Positions 13,613 through 25,190 of a stretch of DNA of 64,000 nt are shown here, one piece after another; the first letter of the stretch is position 1; each line of letters begins with the position of its first letter. The stretch lies in assembly GCF_009914755.1 (NCBI RefSeq), contig NC_060927.1, one strand, 5' to 3'. The position numbers and the translations under genes were made by a program. This DNA comes from the human T2T-CHM13v2.0 reference genome, Homo sapiens. The notes under the pieces were generated by a model, which searched no databases, had not been told where the DNA came from, and worked only from the letters and a program-made list of their open reading frames with translations.

Positions 13613-14142
13613 CTTGTGCTGCATACCCCTAATACCCCACTTCACATCTTAATGGTCCACCTATGTACTCCAGCCATTGCTACAGCAACCAGCTGCACAA
13701 AGTTATAACCTGAAGGCACCTTAAATTAGCTGCACCACATTTCTCCCACTTCCTGATCTGGGGTTCCTAGGCTTTACAGGACTTCTACAGAACCTGCTCA
13801 GCCATTCTGACACAAGTATACGGGGCAACCTTTGACAAATAGGGAATGGGGGGTTGGGAGCTTATGAATAAATGCTCATTTATTCTGCCTGTAAGGTAGA
13901 CATTTCTAGGGCCTGTTCTCCCTGGACGTTCTCAGAGTCCTCAAGAGGCCTGGACCAAGCCCCAGTTGCCCACAGCAGTAAGTAACCTGCTCGATAACAC
14001 AATTTGAATTGGCATTTCCTCCTTTCTGGTTTCATCCTTCTTAGATCACAGTTATGTTCTTTAAGATATCTTCCAAAAATAATTTAAATGAATTCCAGTC
14101 CTTGTCTCAGGCTTTGCTTTTCAGGGGAGCCAAGGCCAATCA
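13613..14142 (+). mobile_element. ERVL solo LTR, LTR16-like
   Basis: caacctttgacaaatagggaatggg, cccagttgcccacagc and terminal ccttgtctcaggctttgcttttcagggg motifs. Confidence 0.7.
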
Positions 14143-14255
14143 ATGTCTGAATACAAGGTAAACCACTTTCATTTTATTTATAGGTAATGAAGAGTAACTG
14201 AAAGTTTACCAGTTGTAATTTAGAAGGATCAATACATTTCCAAGATGTAGGAATA

Positions 14256-14455
14256 CTGCAGATTGTTAGCCAGCCACCAAAAGCCATGAGATAAGCATGG
14301 AACAGATTTCTCCCTCATAGCCCTCAGAAGGAACCAGCACTGCTGACACCTTGATCTTGGATTCTAGCTTCTATAATTATGAGAAAATAAATTTCTATTG
14401 TTTAAGCCACCTAGTTTATGATACTTTGTTATGGCAGACTCAGGAAACTAATACA
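14256..14455 (+). mobile_element. MaLR LTR 3' half (MLT1B/C-like)
   Basis: gccctcagaaggaaccagcactgctgacaccttgatcttgg...aataaatttctattgtttaagccac...aaactaataca. Confidence 0.85.
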
Positions 14456-14989
14456 CTAGGCAACTAAATGCCATCAATAAATGTAAGGAAGCCAAGAGTG
14501 GGAACCCAATTGATGTGAAGAGAAGAGGAGAGACAGAGACAGTGCTTCAATTTTTGGCATAACTGATTCATTAAAAGGGAAGCATAAGAGACGTGTGCAA
14601 ATTGAAATTTTTGTGTGATATAGCAGGGAACATTGTCCCCATTAATTTAGTTGGAAAGGAAAGCATTATGTAAAAAGGGAAGAACTTATCCTCTGCTTGT
14701 AGCTAATGAATCTGTACTTGAAAAGCACACTCACTCCCTTAAGCTTTAGATGGATAGAGAGGAACCAATTAGGTAAATTGGGTGAAATTCAGATAAGGAA
14801 TTTATGAGAATGGAGGATTGGCTTTGAGTAAAGATGAAAGGAAAGAAATGTACTTAGCTAGACTAAGTGATGATTAAGTGGAATTTGATGATAAGGGACA
14901 ATATTTTAAAGGTGAAGGTTCAAAGAAGAAGTAAAGCGATACAAAGAGAAAGATGCATGTGTTGTACCAGTTTTATTATAAAAACAGGA

Positions 14990-15985
14990 AAATATTTTTG
15001 TAATATGGAAATGGGATAGAACTTTATTAACATGCCAACAAAATGAGAAGCCATAAGAGTAAAATGAACAAATTAGATAACAGAAACATTTTAGAGTTTT
15101 AAATTTAAATGTTTTGCATTAAAAAAACTAAAGGAGAAATAAAAATAGAAAAATATTCTATCATATATGAACAATAAAGTGTTAATATCCAAAATGTATA
15201 AAGTCCTTCTATTAGAAAAAAGTGCTCAGCATAATTTTAAATAGAAAAATTACATGAAAAATAACATATTAAGGTAGACATATTAATGACCAACAAACAG
15301 TTGAAAAGATGCCCAAAGTCACTAATTATCAAAACATGCAAATTAGAACTATATTTTTCTTACACTGTTGAAAAAGTTTTTAGAAACCTAAACTATGTTT
15401 AACGTTGCTGAAAGTACAGGGAAACTGGTACTCTGATATACTACTCAGGGGATTCAAATAGGTCTGGTCTCTTTTGAATCAATTTAAAAACTATTTTTAA
15501 AAATTTAAAAGTACATGTTTTGATTTAGCCAATCAACTTGCAGAAATTGCCCTACAGTAACCTCTCACAAATTTATAAATAAATACGTGCCATGATGTTT
15601 TACTGCGTGGTTGTTTGAATGGTAAAAAATCTGAAACAACCTAAATGCCAAAATTAATAGAGAAATAGTTAAATGATTGATGATGATGGTCATAACATGG
15701 AATACTATGTGGTTATCATAAAAAATGAGGTGGATTTCTGTGTAAGTAGTATGACCTAGGCAGGTACTTGTGACATATTTTTAAGTGTAAAAAAGTGAAT
15801 CACAAGATGGTGTTAGTAGTATGATCCTTTCTTTCTAAGCAAATACATATTCATTAAAAAGCCTTAACAATGCTTAACTCTGGTAGGTGAGATTATGAAG
15901 GACTTTTATTTTTCATTTGCACATAGCTGTATCTTTTGAAATGTTTTCAATATGAATGTATCTCTTTTGTAATTAGATTTTTTCA
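14990..15985 (+). mobile_element. Ancient L1 (L1ME-like) 3' fragment
   Basis: Degenerate L1 3' motifs: gaaaagatgcccaaagtcactaattatc, aaacaacctaaatgcca, catggaatactatg. Confidence 0.65.
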
Positions 15986-16895
15986 AAAAAGGACAAAAGA
16001 AATCCTAGTTTTTTCTTAACTAGCAAAACAAGAGGCAGATGCTCCAGGAGTGAATTGTTGAAGGATAGGAGAGAAACACCTACTGAGAAAATGCTTATGG
16101 ATTTGGGATGCATGGGGCACGTGTGAAACTCCATCTCCTGACGATTTTTTTTTCTTAACACAAATATTAGTAAACTCATAATGAAATTTTAGCTTGACAA
16201 GTTAAATCTATCTTTGTATTTTATGGGTTTAACATTCAGAGTTTTCTTTGAAATTTTGTGATGCAAATAATTGATCATATTTGCAGTTGAGTTAGGTGCT
16301 AAAAAGCTGGTATATGGGAAGCAAGTTACTTAGCTATTAGCAAGGTTTGCAAGAGGACTTGATTTCATTTCAATAAGGCTTTAGCTTTTTTTAAAATTTC
16401 ATATAATGTAGTCTTTGTGAAATAATACAATCCCACTTTGTGAAAAAAAAAAGCCAATAAGGGAGAAGAAATGTATTAATTATCACGTGAGACTATTCAC
16501 TTGAGAATATTATGTTAGCCAGTAAGCCATTATATTTTGGAACATGACCATATTGCCTGTGGTTTAGCTATTATTTATGTTAGTCCAGCACTTGCTTTTC
16601 CTTCCCCCACCTTCTGGTGAGAAGTCCTTTTCTTCCTGGCAATGGTTATGAGCATATGGCAAAGATTTGGGCAGTCATAGGACCTCATTTTCCTGATCAC
16701 AGTAATTAGTTAAGACTTGGGACAATCAGAATTAATCTTAGACGTGGTTTCCAGAAAGTGGATGTTAAGATGGGGAGTCATGTAAAAGTGACTTAATAGG
16801 AAATGTTCTCAAGAAAAATCTAGAGAAAAGTTGGGGAGGAAGGAAGTGGTCCTGGGAAAGCCATGCAAGGGTGCAGTGTTAAGAAGTGGCCCATG

Positions 16896-17803
16896 TTTAC
16901 AGTCCCACCAACAGTGTAAAAGTGTTCCTATTTCTCCACATCCTCTCCAGCACCTGTTGTTTCCTGACTTTTTAATGATTGCCATTCTAACTGGTGTGAG
17001 ATGGTATCTCATTGTGGTTTTGATTTGCATTTCTCTGATGGCCAGTGATAATGAGCATTTTTTCATGTGTTTTTTGGCTGCATAAATGTCTTCTTTTGAG
17101 AAGTGTCTGTTCATGTCCTTTGCCCACTTTTTGATGGGGTTGTTTGTTTTTTTCTTGTAAATTTGTTTGAGTTCATTGTAGATTCTGGATAGGACTGTAA
17201 ACTAGTTCAACCATTGTGGAAGTCAGTGTGGCGATTCCTCAGGGATCTAGAACTGGAAATACCATTTGACCCAGCCATCCCATTACTGGGTATATATCCA
17301 AAGGACTATAAATCTTGCTGCTATAAAGACACATGCACACGTATGTTTATTGCGGCATTATTCACAATAGCAAAGACTTGGAACCAACCCAAATGTCCAA
17401 CAATGATAGACTGGATTAAGAAAATGTGGCACATATACACCATGGAATACTATGCAGCCATAAAAAATGATGAGTTCATGTCCTTTGTAGGGACATGGAT
17501 GAAATTGGAAATCATCATTCTCAGTCAAATATCGCAAGAACAAAAAACCAAACACCGCATATTCTCACTCATAGGTGGGAATTGAACAATGAGATCACAT
17601 GGACACAGGAAGGGGAATATCACACTCTGGGGACTGTGATGGGGTGGGGGGAGAGGGGAGGGATAGCACTGGGAGATATACCTAATGCTAGATGACGAGT
17701 TGGTGGGTGCAGCGCACCAGCATGGCACATGTATACATATGTAACTAACCTGCACAATGTGCACATGTACCCTAAAACTTAAAGTATAAAAAAAAAAAAA
17801 AAA
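16896..17803 (+). mobile_element. 5'-truncated, 5'-inverted L1PA2-like LINE-1
   Basis: Perfect 15-bp TSD aagaagtggcccatg (16881-95, 17804-18). Inverted part 16896-17191, forward part from 17192 to a pure poly(A). The 3'UTR has gagatcacatgg and gatgacgagtt (GAG, not the L1HS ACA/ACG diagnostic). Confidence 0.95.
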
Positions 17804-17826
17804 AAGAAGTGGCCCATGATGGGTGC

Positions 17827-18375
17827 TGTATTGGGGAAGTCCCTCAAACTACCCCTAGGTTCAATGATTCACTAGGAGGACTCACAGGATTCAGCATATA
17901 GTTGTACTTACAACTATGATTTATTAAAGTGAAAGGATACAAAGCAAAATCAGCAAAGAGAAAGGGCGCATAGAGTGAAGCTCACAGGAAACAAAGCATA
18001 AGCTTTCAAGGGCCCTCTTCCTGTGGAGTCACACAGGACACTCTTAATTTTTCCAGTAAACAAATTGTGACTACTTATGAAATGTTGCCAAAAAGGGAAG
18101 CTCATTAGAGGTTGAGAGTCAAGGCTTTTATTGAGGTCACATAGGGGCCGCTTTGTCAAGCACGTACAAAAATTTCAAGCTCCCTAAAAGAAAGCAGGTG
18201 TTAGCATAAATCACATTATTTGTACAAATAATTTAGGAAAAGTGACTTTTGTCAGAGAACGGTGGAAATCCTCCTGAAATAAAAGTTCCCAGATGCCAGC
18301 CAAGGGCTAACCTTGCAAGCAGACCTTTCTAAGGCTAGCATTTTCAGCCTTGCTATGTTAACTCTTTTCTGCACA
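17827..18375 (-). mobile_element. MER21-family solo LTR
   Basis: The reverse complement begins tgtgcagaaaagagttaacatagca; 5-bp TSD ggtgc/ggtac. Confidence 0.85.
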
Positions 18376-19177
18376 GGTACTTTTGGCTGAATACCATAGG
18401 AAAGCTCTGAAAACTGTATAGCTTATCCCCCACTTTTGGATGCAGGAGATGGAATATATTTCCCTAACTGTCAGTCATTGTTTAAAGGCTACCTGCCAGG
18501 GACACAGATTTTCAGGCACTTCTAGCAATCCGTATGTGCAGGCTCAGCTGGTTCCAGCTGCCTGAGGGCAAGTCCTCCAACAAAGTGATGCAGGTGCTGG
18601 CTGTTGGGAGTGACGGTTCAGTGGGAGACATGTACATTGAAAATGGACCTAACCTCGAGGAAATATGGGTGAAGTGCTGACAGTGCTTGCTACAGCTATC
18701 CTGCATGGGACTTGATATATACTGAAGCAGGGATGGAAAAACCATCCTCCTGAGATGGTTTGAGTTGGCATAATGTGAGCCTAAAGCTGCCTGTAGCTGT
18801 ATTCTCCATTGTGTAGAGGAGACCTTTTTGCAGTGGCGGAGTATGAAATCTGTACTCAGAGAAAAGCTGAGAGGAGACAGGGATAGAAAATCCTGACAAT
18901 GAGTGCCTCAGGTTCACCTGAAATCATCCCTAACATCAACTCCACCACTGCTCCTTTTACTTTAGCCAGTATACATCCCCTTTTTTGCTTCTGCTAATTT
19001 AATTTAGCCTTTTGTGATTTGCAACCATTAAAGAGAGAACCCCGACCAATATACCATGTAAATTACTTACTGAACCTAGCATATCACAGGTGCCCAATTC
19101 TAAGATATTTGGTGGTAAATTGTATTTCTTTTGGAACCTGGATTAATAAATTCGGGCAACCTAAGCATTTTCTAAAG

Positions 19178-19526
19178 CAGACTTTGACAAACTGTGGCCA
19201 AATTCACCACTCCTACCACCACTCTCATTCACCCTTTCCAGTCAGTTTTTGTACAGTGCACAAGCTAAGAATGGGTTTTACCTTTTTACATGATTGGGAA
19301 AAAAATAAAAAGAATATTTTTATTTTTGACACATAATATCATCACTGAAATTCACATTTCAGTGTTCATAAAGTTTTTAGTTTCATGAATAAAATATGTG
19401 CAAAAATTTGTTTTCTCTCTTGTTATGTAAGTACCTACATACAAAATCCTTGATTTTGCCTCTTGGCCAACAATGCCTGAACTATTTGTAATCTGGACCT
19501 TTTCAAACTGTGTTTTCTAATCCCCA
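19178..19526. mobile_element. MER58-type hAT-Charlie non-autonomous DNA transposon
   Basis: cagactttgacaaactgtggccaaatt...caagctaagaatgggttttac...actatttgtaatctggacctt motifs. Confidence 0.7.
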
Positions 19527-20989
19527 TCCTAGAACAATTAGAATGGAAAACTGACTAATCTTTCTTGAAAGAAGAGATTGTGTCTTATTATTATTTTTAA
19601 TAATCATGTATGACAGTACCTCGAAAAATTATCTGTAAATGGAAGCACCTAGGAAACCGAACTGACAAAAATAGGATGACATGTAGGAGGAGGGGTAGCT
19701 TACTGATAGTGAGCTATCACTAAATGGATTGTTACAATGACTCTGAGAACAATTAATCAGCTTGCCCTTCATAGCATTGTCAGTGATAAATCCCCTCCTT
19801 GTAATAAAGTTTCAAAGAGTCATTTGACTATTGAGGATTATGTGAAATATCCAAATCTAAGATTCTAACTGCTCAAAAGTTAGAGATTCAAGTGTGTTAA
19901 TTGGCTCATATTTTAAAAGCCTCTCTGAGAATGCTGAGCCTCTCAGTCATTTATACCTCAATAGTTTTTACTGTGATAATCAGATAACTCTTTTTGTTCA
20001 GCTCTTGCTGAACATAGGAGATGTCAGCAAAGGAAGAACAGGAGAGTAAAAAAGAAAGCGTGATATCGAACCCTAAAAAACGACGGGCACGGACAATACC
20101 ATGTGTGGCTTTTATTTCTGTCAGCCTGAGAGCTGTGTTTAAGAGTGAGACAGATAAAAATAATAGTTACCTTGAAGATGTGGAAGAAGCATCCAGAAAG
20201 ATATGTAGAGGATACTAAGAAAGTGCTGCTTCCACATAATTAGAAAAGCAATGAGAATATCTTGTTATCTTAATTTTGATGTTGAAGATACTTTGATGAA
20301 AATACATGTTACAGAATCATTTAAGATTTATTACATACATTTCTGTGGTTGCATCATGTTCTTTCCTAAGAAACTACTTGAAACTAGTAATCATTTATAA
20401 AACATTACTGCTGGACTATTTTTAAGCAGTACCTCTTAACAATATGCAGTGGAAGTCAGAAGCCAAGCTAGTGAATGAAGATCCCAAACATAAATCCAGT
20501 GACTCCTCCCATCCACTCAGTCACCCAGTGGGAGAAGCTCTTTATGATCCACGATGAGAAAGAACTCTGGACCAGTTTCTCAAGGGGCTCCCCTTGGCTT
20601 AGCAGAAATGCATTAATTAGAAGCCGTAACTTGAGGAATTCATTAAGTTTTAAATTCAAATTTCAGATTTGGGGATTCTTTGTAGTTCATTCAATACATT
20701 GGTCTGAGGAGCTAACCATTTTTGAATCACTGTGCCCACCTTAGATACAATGACCAGCAAAACAGAGACAGAGCCTACCCTTATGGTGCCAACATCTGCC
20801 TGCCATCCTGCACCTGTATGACCTTTCAGTCTCCAGCAACTCATTAACATCCAGCATTTGTACATTTTCAGTCTCCAAAGAATGCTAATTGTTATGTTCA
20901 GTCCCACATAGAATTGATCTGTGAAATAAACAAATTATAAAACTGGGTGAAGCAGGGTGAAGACAGATACATTTAAGATGATAATTGCT

Positions 20990-21328
20990 ATAAAAAAGAA
21001 TGAGTTTGTGTCTTTTGCAGGGACATGGATGATGTTGGAAACCATCATTCTTAGCAAACTAATACAAGAACAGAAAACCAAATACCACATGTTCTCACTC
21101 ATAAGTGGGAGTTGATCAATGAGAACACATGGACACAGGGAGGGGAACATCGCACACGGGGGCCTGTCGGGGGTTGGTGGGCTAGGGGATGGATAGCATT
21201 AGGAGAAATACCTAATGTAGATCACGGGTTGATGGGTGCAGCAAACCACTATGGCACATGTATACCTATGTAACAAACCTGCACATTCTGCACATGTAAA
21301 CCACAACTTAAAGTATAATTTAAAAAAA
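20990..21328 (+). mobile_element. Short 5'-truncated L1PA (L1PA7/8-like) 3' end
   Basis: L1PA 3'UTR sequence. TSD aagatgataattgct (20975-89) / aatataataattgct (21327-41). Confidence 0.9.
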
Positions 21329-21330
21329 TA

Positions 21331-21594
21331 TAATAATTGCTGACTTTATTGAGCACTTACTGAGGGGAGGTTCCTGTGCTAAAGGGTTATTTCTAAGGGG
21401 AATATATGCATTATTTCCTGTATTCCTCCCAATAACCTGGGTGGTAGGTAGTATATTATTCTCATTTTACAAGTGAGAAAACAGGGGCCTAGAGAGGTTA
21501 AGTAACTTGCCCAACATCACATCACAAGTAAATAACAGAACAGGGGTTTCAACACAACCCTGACTGACCCTTAAGGCCAGTTCTTAACACTAGT
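21331..21594 (-). mobile_element. MIR SINE, near full length
   Basis: cattttacaagtgagaaaacaggggcctagagaggttaagtaacttgcccaa is the MIR core on the reverse strand. Confidence 0.85.
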
Positions 21595-22045
21595 AAACAA
21601 TGGCTCTCCAGAAAATCGCTGATTATTGCCAGGTGATACTTGGTTATCACACAACTGTCTGTCTTATGAGAAATTAGAATCAGCCAATAGATATATTGAC
21701 TAGGCAAAGTAGTTTCACCTAGAAGGAAAGAACAAAAGCTGGAGAATCAGAACTGATGTAGAGGTTGGTGGAGTAGCCTTACCAAGTCTCTTCAATATGC
21801 CTATTGAAGAGACTTTCTTGGTCAACAATTATGGCCCATGTTGAAGAGTCATGGAAATCAAGATTAGATAGATTAACATCATATGTTGAAAGCCTTAGAA
21901 GTCACCCTAAAGAGTTTGAATTTATGAAGCTGGCATTAAAGTGTCATAGAATTCCTTAAACTAAGGCAGCAATTTGCAGGATGTAGTAGAGATGATTTGG
22001 TACGGTGCCTTTGGTGGATGGTGTTTGGGGGAGACATAGAGTGCA

Positions 22046-22560
22046 TGTGTCACTCAGGGTTCTCCAGAGAAACAGAGCCAATAAGAGATAGATAGATATA
22101 CAGGAAGAGATTTATTATGAGAGATTGGCTCATGTGATGATAGAGCCTGAGAAGTCCCACTATCTGCTGCCTGAAACTGGAGGATCAGGAAAGCTGGGAA
22201 TAATTCCAGAGCGAGCCTGAAGACCTGAAAACCAGGGAAGCCAATAGAGCAAACCTGAGTCCAAGTCCTAAGGCCCAAGAGCCAGGAAGACCAATATCCC
22301 AGGGAAGGAGTAGACAGATATCCTAGCTCCAGAAGAGAGCAAATTCACTCTTCCTCTGCCTTTTTGTTCTATTCAGTTCCTCAACAGATTGGACAATGCC
22401 CACTCATATTTGGTGAGGCTTATCTTCTTCACTCAGTGTACTGATTCAAATGATAATCTCTTCTGAAACATTCTCACAGACATACTGCAAAATAATACTT
22501 TACTTGCTGTCTGGGTGTTCCTAAGCCCAGTCAACGTAAAACATAAAATTAAACATTACA
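22046..22560 (-). mobile_element. ERVL solo LTR, MLT2B-like
   Basis: tgtgtcactcagggttctccagagaaacagagccaata ... cataaaattaaacattaca; perfect 5-bp TSD gtgca (22041-45, 22561-65). Confidence 0.9.
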
Positions 22561-22569
22561 GTGCACCAA

Positions 22570-22786
22570 ATGGGAGAAGAGAAGGGAAAATAAGTAGGGA
22601 ACCTTTAAGCACATTGACATTAAGTTGAATTTAAGATGTTAGTGGCTCTATATCCAAGTAAATATGCTCTGTTACATAGTTTGAATTAAGATATTGTAGT
22701 TTGGATGAGTAGCACTGGAATTGGTGATTGGTGGGGTCTATATACTCCAGTGCGGGTATATATATACATACACACACACACACACA

Positions 22787-22855
<69 letters not shown>

Positions 22856-23540
22856 CACCGAATCACCAACTCCAGTGCTTGGAGTGCAGTGTGTATATAT
22901 ACACACAATCCCAACTCCAGTGCTTGGAGTGCTATATATATATATATTATATATATATTATATATAATACATCTGTATATATATATAATATATATATAAT
23001 ATATATATATGCCTAGAGAGGTTAAGGAACTTGCCCAACATCACGCTATATATATATATGTGTGTTATATATATATGTGTGTGTGTATATATATATGTGT
23101 GTATATATATGTGTACATATATATATATATATATGGATGGTTTTTGAAGATGAGAAGATGGAATAACTGTTGATGAAGAAGAGTAGAAGACTGAGATCAT
23201 AGCTTTGGAAGAAATCTGTAGTTGTGGGAGGAGGGAGAAGAGCCAGCAACAAAGACAAGGAAGAATCATTCGCCAAGATTGGAGAACAAAGGAGTGCAGT
23301 GTCACAGAACCAAGAGAAGACTAAGAAAGAAGGAGAAGGTGCTCAACAGTGTCAAAAACCATAAAGAGGCCAGGAGGATGAAAATTGAGGAGAGACTGCA
23401 TCTGATAAATAGGAGGTCACTGGTGACACTTGAGAAAGAATTCAATAACACAGAAGGGGTAAGAACACAGCAGGGAGTATTCAGGCAGGAATGTGAGGGC
23501 AATTAACATGGGTCCCTAGCTTAAGAACTTTGGCACTGAA
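22570..23540 (-). mobile_element. L2 fragment interrupted by the 22735-23134 complex repeat
   Basis: Purine-rich L2 minus-strand motifs (gacattaagttgaatttaagatg; gaggtcactggtgacacttgagaaag). Confidence 0.6.
22757..23134. repeat. Compound microsatellite (TA)/(CA)/(CT)/(AT) plus long TA-rich tracts with embedded unique snippets
   Basis: (CA)n about 22771-22789, (CT)n to 22830, (AT)n to 22855; TA-rich tracts 22933-23010 and 23047-23134. Confidence 0.95.
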
Positions 23541-24483
23541 AAGAGTAATTAAAGTGTTGTAGTATAACACACCTCCTATTTCATAATCAAAGACAATAGG
23601 AAGGTGAGATATTGCTGGAACTTCTGTAATCTTCTGTGGGAGAGAAACTAGCGGTAGAAATGTGTCTTTTTGCTCCTGAAAACTGAGCTGTATAATTCTC
23701 TATTTCTAAGTTGCCTTTCCATCAGCATTAACTTTACATTTTCCTTAACTTGTCATCTTTCCGTGCTGACAGTAGGAAGAAAAAAAACATGCTAATCGAC
23801 GGAGATAAAAGTGGAAATTCTAAGACTGTCGATCTACATGATTTCTCTGGCGGCTTTTCATTGGCAACAGAGTGTCTAATGTTCAGGGACAAGAGGAATC
23901 AGACCGCAGGGTGCCTGCCAGCTCTCCAGAGGACAGAAACCCTCTTTTGCATGCATATAAATAAGCCCAGAAATAGGTTGTGAGATAAGAAGTATTGTAA
24001 TGTCATAGAGCCCTATACTACGTGAAGGGGCCTGGGCTCTCCTGATGGCGGAGGTATTTGGATGCTGTGTGGCTGGAGTAGATAATGACATTAGAAAAGA
24101 ACCATTCAGAGGTATGATATATTTTCCTGGTGTACTGTGCCAAGGTGGCAGATTGTTTAATTGTGTAAAATGTAAGACTGAACAGTTCTTTCCTCTCACC
24201 TTCCCAAAATGCTTATGGTTGCAAAGGGAAAGTTTGGCATTAGTTTCCATTCATTTCAAAGGATAAAAAATGGCTAATGTAGAGATGTATTGATCTTTGA
24301 AAGGTCAGGAGCAGATTCATAGGTCAAGGTGTTATTGCTGAATAGCTAAGATGCTATGTTAGGGGAGGGACCACAGGAAGAAACAATATGAAAAACAAAA
24401 ACCACAAAGGAATGCCCCATACATAAAATTAACTCCATTTTGTTGCCTTTGTTTTTAAAGAAAAACATAACATTTTATATACA

Positions 24484-24833
24484 CAGTCGTGCACTGTATA
24501 ATGATGCTTCAGTCAATGACAGACTGCATATATGATGGTGGTCTCATAAGATTACAATAGGGTATTTTCCCTATACCTTTTCTATGTTTAGATACATAGA
24601 ATCTAAACATAGAATTGTAACTGTGTTACAGTTCCTTACAGTATTCAGTACAGTAACATGCTGTGTATGTCTGTAGACTAGGAGCAATAGGTTATACCAG
24701 ATAGCCTAGGTGTATAGTAGAGTATACCATCTAGGTCTGTGTAAGTACACTCCATGATGTTCATAAAATGACAAAATCACCTAATGGTGCATCCTTCAGA
24801 ATGTGTCCCTGTTGCTAAGCAACACATATAATG
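24484..24833. mobile_element. Tigger3a (MER7A/Golem-type) TcMar DNA transposon
   Basis: Left terminus cagtcgtgcactgtataatgatgcttcagtcaatgacagactgcatatatgatggtggtctcataagatta; about 350 bp long. Confidence 0.85.
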
Positions 24834-25079
24834 TGAACACATAGGTTAAGTGACATAGGTAATGACTATGTATGTGGTTGTGTCTGTATGTATGTATATA
24901 TGTGCAGATACACACATATAACATCATCATTTACTTCAAAATTAGAAACAGAGTTCAGACAATAAATTCAGTACCTGCAAGAAGTAATTAGAAATATAGT
25001 TCAGTTTCTTTGTTTAGCCTTAAAGTTCGGAAAAAAAAAGAAAGACATACAGATAAGAGCAAGGGAGATGGAAAAACGA

Positions 25080-25190
25080 GCAGCTATAGTTCCAGCTGAG
25101 GTGGGAAAATTGCTTGAGCCCAGGAGGTTAAGGCTGCAGTGGGTCCTGATCATGCCACTGCACTCTAGTGTCAAACTAAACAAAACAATA
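25080..25190 (+). mobile_element. Degraded Alu right arm / FRAM fragment
   Basis: gctgaggtgggaaaattgcttgagcccaggaggttaaggctgcagtg...atgccactgcactc followed by an A-rich tail. Confidence 0.8.

Larger units (their letters stand above)
16734..18694 (-). mobile_element. ERVL LTR (LTR33-like) split by the L1PA2 and MER21 insertions
   Basis: Left end tcttagacgtggtttccagaaagtgg and right end gtgctgacagtgcttgctaca resemble reverse-complement LTR33 termini. Confidence 0.55.
16575..19052 (+). mobile_element. Old MaLR LTR (MLT1K/L-like) split in two (about 16575-16733 and 18695-19052)
   Basis: Left part has cctgatcacagtaattagttaag...gacaatcagaa. Right part ends gatttgcaacc...gaccaatata. Confidence 0.5.

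Noticed and set aside
16809-17585. ORFs of 101 and 123 aa
   Set aside because: L1PA2 ORF2 C-terminal fragments on either side of the inversion junction.
22881-22892. 12-mer ggagtgcagtgt also present at 23291-23302 as another templated snippet
   Set aside because: Too short to separate from chance, and partly explained by local fold-back of actcc.
22705-23305. Several overlapping ORFs of 76-115 aa
   Set aside because: Low-complexity translations of (CA)/(CT)/(TA) repeats.
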